Assembly (NCBI GenBank): GCA_046538155.1
Contig: JBKHJL010000021.1
Coordinates: 1-20,160 of the forward strand
Length of the DNA: 20,160 nt
Origin: Candidatus Micrarchaeia archaeon
GTDB lineage: Archaea > Micrarchaeota > Micrarchaeia > Anstonellales > Bilamarchaeaceae
Reading direction: 5' to 3'
Of the stretch, positions 7,665 to 15,578 are shown in pieces. The notes beneath the pieces are model-generated. The model was not told the origin of the DNA and did not search any database. It saw only the letters and a program-made list of their open reading frames with translations. The position numbers and the translations under genes were made by a program. Position 1 is the first letter of the stretch. Each line of letters begins with the position of its first letter.

Positions 7665-8444
7665 TCACAGCTCCCCTATTTTTTTGAGCGCGGCTTCCGT
7701 GTAAACTGTAAGCCTTCCCGGATGGGTCCCAGGCGCAAGATGCTTCACTTTAAGCTCGTCCACGCTGACCACGTCCACCCCGGATATGTTCCTTGCTGAT
7801 TTCAGGATGTCTCCGCCGCTCACCACTATGAGCGCGCTTTTTGGTGTCCTGGTGCCCGCCTTCCTTTTACGGATTCCGCTTCTTGGCTTCCGGTTGTTTT
7901 TTGCTCTGTCCAGGTCTTTTCCTATAACCGGTACCAGCGCATCAAGCACTTCTTTTGTTTTTTTGGCTTTCTCAAGCCCGTCTTCAAACACGATTGGTGC
8001 TTCCTTTTCAAAGAGGTGCCCCCTTGCTTTTACCAGCTCAGGGTGGGCGGTTGCTGCTATTGCGCTGATAAGCGCCTTCCTGTATTCTTTTTTGTTAATG
8101 TTTTCCACAATTTTCTTTTCCGTCTTTGGCGGGTGGGCCCCCCTTCCGCCTTTTGCAGACGGGATTTTGGCTACCCTGCCCATAAGCCCCTCTGGCCTGA
8201 CTTCTCTCGGGAGCATTGCCTGGCCCCTGTTTTTCAGTGAGCCGTATGCGCCCTTTCTTCCCCGGTATTTTGCGGAGGTTTCCATTCCTGCGAGCCGGTA
8301 GCTTCCCTTGGGCTGGTATTCTTTGCTTTCATCACTAAGAACTGCCCTTTTTATCATCTCTTCTCTGATTTCCTGCTCAAACTGGTTGGGCAGGTCAATT
8401 TTCTTTCCAGGAGTTCCCTTCATTGTATAACTGTCAGTTTTCAT
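7665..8444 (-). CDS. rpl4: 50S ribosomal protein L4 (uL4)
   Basis: AGMETSA, GGRGAHPPK, INKKE...A..SAIAATA, RGH, ARNISGVDV, LAPGTHPGRLTVYT. Confidence 0.97.
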   Translation of the reverse strand: MKTDSYTMKGTPGKKIDLPNQFEQEIREEMIKRAVLSDESKEYQPKGSYRLAGMETSAKYRGRKGAYGSLKNRGQAMLPREVRPEGLMGRVAKIPSAKGGRGAHPPKTEKKIVENINKKEYRKALISAIAATAHPELVKARGHLFEKEAPIVFEDGLEKAKKTKEVLDALVPVIGKDLDRAKNNRKPRSGIRKRKAGTRTPKSALIVVSGGDILKSARNISGVDVVSVDELKVKHLAPGTHPGRLTVYTEAALKKIGEL

Positions 8445-8447
8445 CTA

Positions 8448-9416
8448 TTACACCTTTGATTCCACCGAGATGGATGTAAGTTTTGGCTCCTGCACCTTTT
8501 CAGGTGCCCTTGTGCCCAGCCTCAGCCTGACCATTCTCTTTACCGGCCCGGGCACAGAGCCCTTGAGCAGCACATAATCGTTTTTCACGAATCCGTAATG
8601 CGGAAATCCTCCTTTGGGATTCACTTCATCCACGTTCTTGCCGATTTTCATGATTCTCTTGTTTGTTTCGGTTCTTGTGTGGTACCCGAGCTGGCCTGCT
8701 CTCCTTGCAGTGTAAAGTATATATGCAGGGTGCCACTGCCCGAGCGTACCTGAATGCCTCCTCTGTTTTGTTGCCTTTGGCCTGTGCAGGGCGGTTCCGA
8801 ACCTTTTCCTTGTTCCCTGCCAGCCCTTTCCTGTTGAAATTGAGATTACGTCAAGGTATTCTCCCCCCTTGAAGATGTCTTCTGCTGTCAGCTCCTTCCC
8901 GAGCATTGACTGCGCATACTCAATTTTTTCCCCGATTTCCGGGCCGCCCACAGGAATTTCTATCTTTTCCGGGTGCTTTTTACCGATTCCTGTTTTTTCC
9001 GGGTAAAGGGCCACAAGCACGGAAACCTGTGAAATATTCTCTCCACTGAACTCAACTGCCCCAGCGTTCTTCCTGCTCCCCTCCTGCTTCCCGATTCCGA
9101 GCCTGCTGAGCATTTTGGTGTCTTCAACTAGCTTGTCCCTGATTATTTTCCCGTTGTTATATCCCCTTACCCCATAGACATATAGGGGGGGAACCTCAAT
9201 CACGGTTACTGCAGAGCACACTTCCTGTCCTTTTGTGGGGCCATCAGTGTCATCGATAAATGTCAGGTGCGTCATCCCTGCTTTGTATCCTGCAAATCCG
9301 AGTAGCCGCACCTCACTGGATTCAGCCCAGTGGCTGACTCTGGGCACCTGGCTTCTTGCCCTGCCTCTCGGCCTGTATGCTAACGAACCCTTTCGGGGCT
9401 TCCAAATATCCGTCAT
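8448..9416 (-). CDS. rpl3: 50S ribosomal protein L3 (uL3)
   Basis: PRKGSLAYRPR.RA, GFAGYKAGMTH, GKGWQG..KRFG, AGQLGYH.RTE.NKRI, GGFPHYG, KGSVPGP.KR; ATG 9416 is the likely start. Confidence 0.97.
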   Translation of the reverse strand: MTDIWKPRKGSLAYRPRGRARSQVPRVSHWAESSEVRLLGFAGYKAGMTHLTFIDDTDGPTKGQEVCSAVTVIEVPPLYVYGVRGYNNGKIIRDKLVEDTKMLSRLGIGKQEGSRKNAGAVEFSGENISQVSVLVALYPEKTGIGKKHPEKIEIPVGGPEIGEKIEYAQSMLGKELTAEDIFKGGEYLDVISISTGKGWQGTRKRFGTALHRPKATKQRRHSGTLGQWHPAYILYTARRAGQLGYHTRTETNKRIMKIGKNVDEVNPKGGFPHYGFVKNDYVLLKGSVPGPVKRMVRLRLGTRAPEKVQEPKLTSISVESKV

Positions 9417-9496
9417 AAATTTCCCTCTTTTGCGTAGCCCTTCCCTTTGAAGGGACGCGGTAAACGAAAGAAGTAGCACTATTTATTATAGAAGTC

Positions 9497-9510
9497 TTTA
9501 AATAAGTTTC
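9497..9510 (-). promoter_or_regulatory. Putative BRE/TATA promoter of the r-protein operon
   Basis: Minus strand reads GAAACTTATTTAAA (purine-rich BRE then TATA-like box) about 80 nt upstream of the L3 ATG. Confidence 0.55.
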
Positions 9511-9546
9511 TCTTCTGCACAGCCCAAAAATTCCCCCTCCGCCTCC

Positions 9547-9562
9547 AGAAAACTATTTATAC
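9547..9562 (+). promoter_or_regulatory. Putative BRE/TATA promoter of the surface-protein genes
   Basis: AGAAAACTATTTATAC about 25-30 nt upstream of GTG 9587/ATG 9593; consistent with a leaderless or short-leader transcript. Confidence 0.55.
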
Positions 9563-9592
9563 TTTCTCCCAGTAGTAGGCTGCGGTGTGGGA

Positions 9593-11683
9593 ATGCAGAA
9601 CAAGAGCATACTACTGGTATTTTTAGGAATTGTACTGCTTTCTTTTGTGCTACTTGCCGGATGCCCCGGAGGCGGGCCAGAATCTACCGGCATTACCGCA
9701 AAAGCTGTTGCAGGAGGCATTGAAGTCAGCTGGAATCCTTCCCAGAAAGCAGATGTCACAGGTTATAACCTCTACCGGAGCACAACTTCCGGGGAGCTGG
9801 GGACTAAGATAAATGCCGTCCTCCTGACAACAACATCGTATACAGATGATGATCTCCAGGATGGTGTCACATATTATTACACTGTCCGCTCTGTCACATC
9901 AGGCGGCACAGAAGATGCCAGCACAGAGCAGGCAAGTGCAACTTCAGAGATAAGTCCGCCCTCTGGCCTCCAGATACAGATAAATGACGGGAGCCAGTAT
10001 GTCAACTCAAGGGATGTTACGCTCACTCTTTCAGCGACCGGAGCATCAGAGTGCAGGGTTTCTAACGAAAAGCAGACCTGGAGCAGCTGGGCCCCATACG
10101 CAACTTCCATGAGCTGGGAGCTTTCTGAAGGAAACGGCCACAAGGATGTCTATTATGAGTGCAGGGATTCCACAGGAAACACAGCAATCCCTGTAAGCGC
10201 TTCCACATACCTTGACACCGAAGGCCCCTCAATTTCCCTGGCATCACCTGCCCAGGGCAAGACCTATGGAACCCAGTTTACCCTTAAGTTTACTGTTTCC
10301 GACCCGATTTCCCCAACTGTTACCTGTACAGGGGAGGTTGATGGCTCCTCCATTGCAATTGGAGTAATTGACACCGGAAAGGAGGATTCCATGAAAGTGA
10401 ATGCAGAGGAAGGTGAACACACCCTTAAGCTCCAATGCGATGATGGGGTGAATACCGCAGAGGAATCTGTGTCTTTCTCAGTTGCAGACACCCCGGATGT
10501 TGAGCTGCACATTGAAAGCGGCTCCGGCTACGTGGACACAACCCACGTAACTCTGGATGTGATTGCAGATAATGCAGCAGAGTGCAGGTATTCAAATGAA
10601 AACAATGGGTGGAGCAGCTGGAGGCCCCATGTTGAAGAGGTTGAGTGGACGCTCAGTTCAGGAGACGGTAAAAAGACGGTTTATGCAGAGTGCAAAAGCG
10701 AAAGCGGGCAGGTTTCACCAACTGTTTCCGATTCTGTGCATCTTGATACTCACAAAGGCCCCAGGATTTCAATTGAGATAGACAATGGGGATGACTGGAC
10801 AAATTCAAGGGATGCCAAGCTCGGCCTTTACTGCTATGCAGCAGACCAGTGCAGATACAGGAATGAAGGCGGAGACTGGAGCGGCTGGAGTTCCTACAAG
10901 ACAAAGAAGTACTGGACTCTCTCTTCAGGCGAAGGGGACAAGAAGGTGTATTACAACTGCAAGGATTCCAGCGGAAGCGACCTGGGCACAGCCCACGCGG
11001 AGATTACTTATTCCAGGAAAGAGCCCAACCCGCCTTCCGAAATGAGAATCCGCATAAACGGAGGGGATTCGTACACGGGCAGCAGAGATGTATCCCTTTC
11101 CCTCCGCGCCCACAATGCAGATGCATGCCGGCTGAAGAACAGGGACGGAAGCTGGTCTTCTTACCACAGTTATACAACTCACATGGACTGGACGCTTTCC
11201 AGCGGAAGCGGAAAGAAAACAGTTTATTACCAGTGCAAGAATGACTATGGAAAAGAGAGTGACCATGCGTCAATCTACCTTGACACCAGCCCTCCCGGAC
11301 CGGTCCGTGGCCTGAGCGCCTATGTTGACAGGAACAATGTGGTGCACCTTTCCTGGTCACGCCCCAAGGGAAATATCCATGACTATGAGATATACAGGAG
11401 CAATACCGACCTCGGGCTGTTTGATAAGATAGGCAGCACCCGCCACACCACATATCAGGATGATGGTGTGAGCCCGGGCAACTATGCCTATGAAGTCAAG
11501 GCAGTGGACAAGGCAGGGCATGAAGGGGAAGCATCAAATACCGCAACAATTACTGTTCCGGATGACACAAGGCCGGGCGGAGATGAGGATTCCCATGGCT
11601 GCAAAGAGTCTGCAGGATACAGCTGGTGCGAATCTCTGCAGAAGTGCATCCGGTCCTGGGATACTGAATGCCCTGAGGAATAA
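9593..11683 (+). CDS. Cell-surface lipoprotein with two FN3-like domains, four ~90-aa Trp/Cys-rich beta repeats, an Ig-like domain and a C-terminal 4-Cys module
   Basis: Hydrophobic signal ending in lipobox LLAGC; FN3 motifs VSWNP..GYNLYRS..Y.D..YYYTVRSV and LSWSRP..YEIYRS..Y.D..YAYEVKAVD; four internal repeats; alternative GTG start 9587. Confidence 0.85.
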   Translation: MQNKSILLVFLGIVLLSFVLLAGCPGGGPESTGITAKAVAGGIEVSWNPSQKADVTGYNLYRSTTSGELGTKINAVLLTTTSYTDDDLQDGVTYYYTVRSVTSGGTEDASTEQASATSEISPPSGLQIQINDGSQYVNSRDVTLTLSATGASECRVSNEKQTWSSWAPYATSMSWELSEGNGHKDVYYECRDSTGNTAIPVSASTYLDTEGPSISLASPAQGKTYGTQFTLKFTVSDPISPTVTCTGEVDGSSIAIGVIDTGKEDSMKVNAEEGEHTLKLQCDDGVNTAEESVSFSVADTPDVELHIESGSGYVDTTHVTLDVIADNAAECRYSNENNGWSSWRPHVEEVEWTLSSGDGKKTVYAECKSESGQVSPTVSDSVHLDTHKGPRISIEIDNGDDWTNSRDAKLGLYCYAADQCRYRNEGGDWSGWSSYKTKKYWTLSSGEGDKKVYYNCKDSSGSDLGTAHAEITYSRKEPNPPSEMRIRINGGDSYTGSRDVSLSLRAHNADACRLKNRDGSWSSYHSYTTHMDWTLSSGSGKKTVYYQCKNDYGKESDHASIYLDTSPPGPVRGLSAYVDRNNVVHLSWSRPKGNIHDYEIYRSNTDLGLFDKIGSTRHTTYQDDGVSPGNYAYEVKAVDKAGHEGEASNTATITVPDDTRPGGDEDSHGCKESAGYSWCESLQKCIRSWDTECPEE
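9953..11287 (+). repeat. Four copies of a ~90-aa protein repeat (approx. 9953-10219, 10487-10750, 10757-11009, 11030-11287)
   Basis: Consensus I.I..G..Y..SRDV.L.L.A..A..CR..N....WSSW..Y.T...W.LS.G.G.K.VYY.CK is visible in all four copies. Confidence 0.85.
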
Positions 11684-11691
11684 GCGTAAAC

Positions 11692-11720
11692 GGGGTCCAG
11701 GCCCCCTTTTTTTTATTTTT
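11692..11720 (+). terminator. Putative terminator after the lipoprotein gene
   Basis: Short GGGGTC-CA-GGCCCC hairpin followed by T8-A-T6, 8 nt after the stop codon. Confidence 0.55.
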
Positions 11721-11779
11721 TAAATTGCCCAATGGATAGCAATTTAACTTTTTTCCCCGATTTCAGTCCAGGTGGGCAG

Positions 11780-13498
11780 ATGAGAAAAATTTTGTTGTTC
11801 CTGCTTTTTGCAGGCCTGGCGTTTTCAGTTACGGAGAATATAGACAGTTGCACTACAATAGATAAAACAGGCACATATTATCTGGTTTCCGATCTTGAAT
11901 ACACGGGAGACAACAACTGCATAAAGATTGATGCGAGCAGCGTAACCCTGGACTGCGGGAACCACCAGCTCCTTGGCAGTTATTCTTCCACAGGAATAAG
12001 AATCCTGGAGAATGAGAAGAATATTCACCTGAAAGACTGCAAAGTAGGGTTTTTCAAATACGGCATTTATACTGAAACGGGGGTAGGCAGTCTCCACCTT
12101 GAAGGGCTGGAAGCAGATTCCTGCAAGGAGGGGGTTTCCCTGCATGAAGGCAGGGATGCAGACATAACTGATGCCAGTTTTACCAATAACAATATCGGGC
12201 TCCGCCTTGACAACTGGGCAGGTGGCGAAGTCAGCAACAGCTATTTTTCAAACCGTGATTATGGGGTTTACGTTACTTCAAGCGGTGGATACAACATTAT
12301 TTCCAATGAGTTCACCGGTTCTGAGTTCGGAGTTTATACCGAGGGTTTCTGTAAGGAAACCAATATTTCCGGAAACGATTTCCATGCTCTTGTCACTCCC
12401 GTGGACCTTTACGGAGTTTACTTAATTGTCCAGGGCAACACTTTCCACAACAATGCAGGATACGCAATACTCATAAGGGAAACAATGAATACTTTTGGAA
12501 ACAATTACATATACGGGCAGCCCCTGTTTTTTGCGATGCAGAGCAAGGCCTTTACTTTCACAAACTTTACTCTGGGTGAAAAAGGCACTCCTGGTTCTGC
12601 AACTTTTGGCAAGTTTTCTGCCCGCAAGCCACACACCACAACCAGGTTCTATTATTTCAACAGCACCAACATACTTCTTGAGCCAGAGTTTGTTTCAATA
12701 GATGCATCAGGCACAGTCCCCCTCTCACTTGAAGATGTAACAGTGTATATGGAGGACCCGGAGGTTGAAAATGAAATCGCCGTTTTCCATGCTCCCTTCA
12801 ACTACACAACAAGAGAGTCGGTCATTAACTCGGGCACAGCACTTGATTCTCCTGTACCCAAGGAATATTCACCCGGGATAATGGAGTTCATCCTTCCGGT
12901 TTTCAATGGTTCATATGCGCTGGGGGAGCGCCCCCCGGCCCCGGAACCTGAAAGGTATGTTGTGGTGATTATGCTGGAGGCCCCTACCTATGCTGAACCT
13001 GGCGAGAACATAACCGTCCGGGCAATGGACCAGGATGGCGAGCCCCTGGGCGGTACGGCCATTTACTATTTTGAAGACCCCTCCTTTCCCTTCCTTGCAG
13101 GCTACACAAATTCCGAAGGCAGCCTCACATTTCCAATTCCTTCGGAAGGGGCCTTTGTAATACAGGCGAAGTATGGGGATGTTGCATCCCAAAGGGCCAT
13201 CAGCGTATCAGAACCCGAAGAGTCCTCTGAATCCCTGCCTGCCCCGGAGCCCGAGGTATCACCTGTTGGAGAAGAGCCGGCACCCCCTGAAGAGCAGCCG
13301 CCCCCCGCTCCAGAGGAGGAGGAAGAGGGGCCCAACATGGTTTTCATCGTGTTTGCAACAATACTCGTGCTTCTGGTAGGAGGTTCAATGTTGGGCTGGT
13401 ACCTGGTGCTCAGGAATCCCCCCAAGCCCCCCAGGAAAAGCGATAAGGAGATAATGCATGACAGGCTCAAAAAATTCAGGGAGAAGAAGGGCAGCTGA
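11780..13498 (+). CDS. Membrane-anchored surface protein with right-handed parallel beta-helix (NosD/pectin-lyase-like) domain, C-terminal beta-sandwich domain, Pro/Glu linker and TM anchor
   Basis: Signal peptide MRKILLFLLFAGLAFS after GGTGG RBS; SCTTI...GTYYL..DL....NCI.I....VTLDC.NH cap; repeated GI.L/N..I..N.F units; PEPE-rich linker; TM MVFIVFATILVLLVGGSMLGWYLVL; basic tail. Confidence 0.82.
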   Translation: MRKILLFLLFAGLAFSVTENIDSCTTIDKTGTYYLVSDLEYTGDNNCIKIDASSVTLDCGNHQLLGSYSSTGIRILENEKNIHLKDCKVGFFKYGIYTETGVGSLHLEGLEADSCKEGVSLHEGRDADITDASFTNNNIGLRLDNWAGGEVSNSYFSNRDYGVYVTSSGGYNIISNEFTGSEFGVYTEGFCKETNISGNDFHALVTPVDLYGVYLIVQGNTFHNNAGYAILIRETMNTFGNNYIYGQPLFFAMQSKAFTFTNFTLGEKGTPGSATFGKFSARKPHTTTRFYYFNSTNILLEPEFVSIDASGTVPLSLEDVTVYMEDPEVENEIAVFHAPFNYTTRESVINSGTALDSPVPKEYSPGIMEFILPVFNGSYALGERPPAPEPERYVVVIMLEAPTYAEPGENITVRAMDQDGEPLGGTAIYYFEDPSFPFLAGYTNSEGSLTFPIPSEGAFVIQAKYGDVASQRAISVSEPEESSESLPAPEPEVSPVGEEPAPPEEQPPPAPEEEEEGPNMVFIVFATILVLLVGGSMLGWYLVLRNPPKPPRKSDKEIMHDRLKKFREKKGS

Positions 13499-13536
13499 CC
13501 TTCACCCTTTTATTATTTTCTTATAGTAATACCCCT

Positions 13537-14574
13537 ATGTTTGCAAAAGAGGAAATCGACCAGATTTTGGATTCCTATGAGGATTTCAGCATTGCAACAA
13601 TATGCTCCCATTCTGCACTCCAGATTTTCCACGGGGCAAAGCAATATGGCATAAAAACAGTTGGAATATGCACTGAAGAGTCAAGGGAGCTTTATGAAAC
13701 ATTCCCCTATGCAAAACCGGATGAGCTGTTAATTGTTGATGATTATTCCCGGATTCCGGTGGATGAGCTCAGGAAAAGAAATTCCATTCTGATTCCCCAC
13801 GGTTCTCTTGTTGAATACGCCGGAGACAGGATAAAGGACCTTGCCCTGCCGATTTTTGGAAATAGGGGCTCTCTGCTTTTTGAGCGCGACCGAAATAATA
13901 TGTTTGACTGGATGAAGAAGGCCGGGCTCAGGATACCCAGAATACTCCAGCCAGAACAGATAGATGGCCCGGCAATAGTTAAGTTTCCAGGGGCAAAGGG
14001 GGGAAAGGGCTACCTGGTTGTAAACAGTCCTGACGAGTATTACCAAAAGGTCGCGGAAGGTGCAAAAACTATGATACAGGAGTTCATAGTTGGCGTCCGC
14101 GCGTATGCCCACTATTTCCATTCTTTTGACGGCGATGCAGGATATTCCACTAATTACGGCAGGGTGGAGATGCTTGGTGTTGACCAGAGGATGGAGACAA
14201 ATGCAGACGAGATTGCCCGCCAGCTTTCTGTGGGCGCAAATATTCCAATCTCTTTCACAGTAATGGGCAATCAGGCATTGGTATTGCGCGAATCCCTTCT
14301 TCCCAAGTATATGGAGATGGGGAGGGGAATCTGCAATTCCTCCAAGGAGCTTTTTGGCGGAATCCACGGGCCATTTTGTGTAGAAACAATTATTACTGAT
14401 GACCTGGACATTTATTCATTTGAGATTTCCGCAAGGATAGTTGCAGGCACCAACCTCCTGGAAACACCATATTCTCTCTACACGCATGGAACTGATTATA
14501 CTACAGGAATGAGGATTGCAAAGGAGCTGAAGGATGCATTCCGCAACAGAAGCCTGAACGAAATCATTTACTGA
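13537..14574 (+). CDS. purP: FAICAR synthetase / formate-phosphoribosylaminoimidazolecarboxamide ligase (PurP family, ATP-grasp)
   Basis: IAT.CSHSALQI..GAK, IPHGS, FGNR, VKFPGAKGGKGY, GN...VLRESLLP, GPFC.ET, FEISARIVAGTN, G.RIA.E motifs. Confidence 0.92.
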   Translation: MFAKEEIDQILDSYEDFSIATICSHSALQIFHGAKQYGIKTVGICTEESRELYETFPYAKPDELLIVDDYSRIPVDELRKRNSILIPHGSLVEYAGDRIKDLALPIFGNRGSLLFERDRNNMFDWMKKAGLRIPRILQPEQIDGPAIVKFPGAKGGKGYLVVNSPDEYYQKVAEGAKTMIQEFIVGVRAYAHYFHSFDGDAGYSTNYGRVEMLGVDQRMETNADEIARQLSVGANIPISFTVMGNQALVLRESLLPKYMEMGRGICNSSKELFGGIHGPFCVETIITDDLDIYSFEISARIVAGTNLLETPYSLYTHGTDYTTGMRIAKELKDAFRNRSLNEIIY

Positions 14575-15322
14575 GATTCAGCTTTTTGCTGCTTTTCCAG
14601 AGCAGCTCAAAGTAGTTCCTGAAGCTTTCTGATATTGTCTTGTCAGTAATTGCAATAACCTTTATTCTGTCTGAAACCAGGGGCATCACTACCCTGTTTC
14701 CGTAGATTTCCACCCAGGCAGGGGAGTTGTTTTTCGGCAGGCATTTGACCTCAGTATGTTTCCATCTCCCCGCCCTCTCCAATCTTTTTTTTTCAACGTC
14801 CCGGTTGTAGAGTATTCTCAGCTTTACCCCCTTTGCTATCCTTTTCTGGTGAAATTTGCCGAAGTACTGCACAAGTTCGGGCCTCATTTTTGCCGGGGAG
14901 CCTATTATCAGCATCTCATCCCCTTTTCTGAGTTCTGCAGTAAAGGATTCCTTTATGCTCTTGTATGCCTCCTCCCCGTCAAGCACTCTTACTGTGGTTT
15001 CCGAAGGCCTCAGGATGCTCATCTTCTTTATGTATTCAATTGCTTCGTTTGCTTCGTTCATCTGCTTCACGTAAAGTCCCTTCAGCACTGAAGTTCCGGA
15101 TGAGTAGTATCTTTTTGTTTTGTCCCTGCTTATGTGAGACACCAGCCCAATTGCGCAGAGCCGGTCAAGCGCTTCATATGTTTTTGACCTTGCTATCCGT
15201 GTATGCCTGGATACAGTTCCTGCTGTGCTTTCAGGGTTTGCAGAAACGTACACATATATCTCTGCTTCTTTTTCGGTAAGCCCTATTGATGAGAGCGCGG
15301 TCGCTATCTTTGTTTTTCCCAC
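14564..15322 (-). CDS. TrmB-family transcriptional regulator (wHTH plus PLD-like effector domain)
   Basis: LSSIGLTEKEAEIY..., IARSKTYEALDRL...GLV wHTH; C-terminal RIAKGVKLRILY, IYGNRV, I....ISESFRNYFELLW; GTG start; 11-bp convergent overlap with purP. Confidence 0.88.
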   Translation of the reverse strand: MGKTKIATALSSIGLTEKEAEIYVYVSANPESTAGTVSRHTRIARSKTYEALDRLCAIGLVSHISRDKTKRYYSSGTSVLKGLYVKQMNEANEAIEYIKKMSILRPSETTVRVLDGEEAYKSIKESFTAELRKGDEMLIIGSPAKMRPELVQYFGKFHQKRIAKGVKLRILYNRDVEKKRLERAGRWKHTEVKCLPKNNSPAWVEIYGNRVVMPLVSDRIKVIAITDKTISESFRNYFELLWKSSKKLNLSK

Positions 15323-15327
15323 AGGAC

Positions 15328-15389
15328 ATCTTTTATTTAAAAGATTTTAAAAAGCTGTCCTCCTCCACCGGACAGCGAGCCTTTAAATA
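15328..15389. promoter_or_regulatory. Back-to-back TATA boxes with two palindromic operator candidates
   Basis: ATCTTTTA-tt-TAAAAGAT (15328-15345); minus-strand TTTTTAAAA (15345-15353); GCTGTCC-N9-GGACAGC (15354-15376); plus-strand TTTAAATA (15382-15389). Confidence 0.6.
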
Positions 15390-15421
15390 TAAAGCCCCTG
15401 AACTCATTCCGGGTGGTAGGA

Positions 15422-15556
15422 ATGGATGCCGAAAAACTGGCTAAAAAGGTTTCTGAAAGACTGGGAACCTACGAAAAAAGAAGTTATTCAGAAAAAGCAA
15501 GTGAAAACTCCGACCACAAGTTTATGAGGTGGCGGAGGCCACGCTCTATCATGTGA
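15422..15556 (+). CDS. Small hypothetical protein, 44 aa (MDAEKLAKKVSERLGTYEKRSYSEKASENSDHKFMRWRRPRSIM)
   Basis: Manual translation; GGGTGGT RBS at 15411-15417; TATA at 15382; strong hairpin plus U-tract downstream. Confidence 0.55.
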   Translation: MDAEKLAKKVSERLGTYEKRSYSEKASENSDHKFMRWRRPRSIM

Positions 15557-15578
15557 CCTAGATAAGCAGTGCCAAATA

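Noticed and set aside
1..9416. Gene loss or rearrangement in the S10/spc operon; frequent ATGA and TAGATG junctions
   Set aside because: Order and content are canonical for archaea, and coupled start/stop junctions are well known
9953..11287. Repeats as a CRISPR array or DGR template/variable repeats
   Set aside because: They are in-frame protein-domain repeats, diverged at all positions rather than at adenines, with no RT or cas gene nearby
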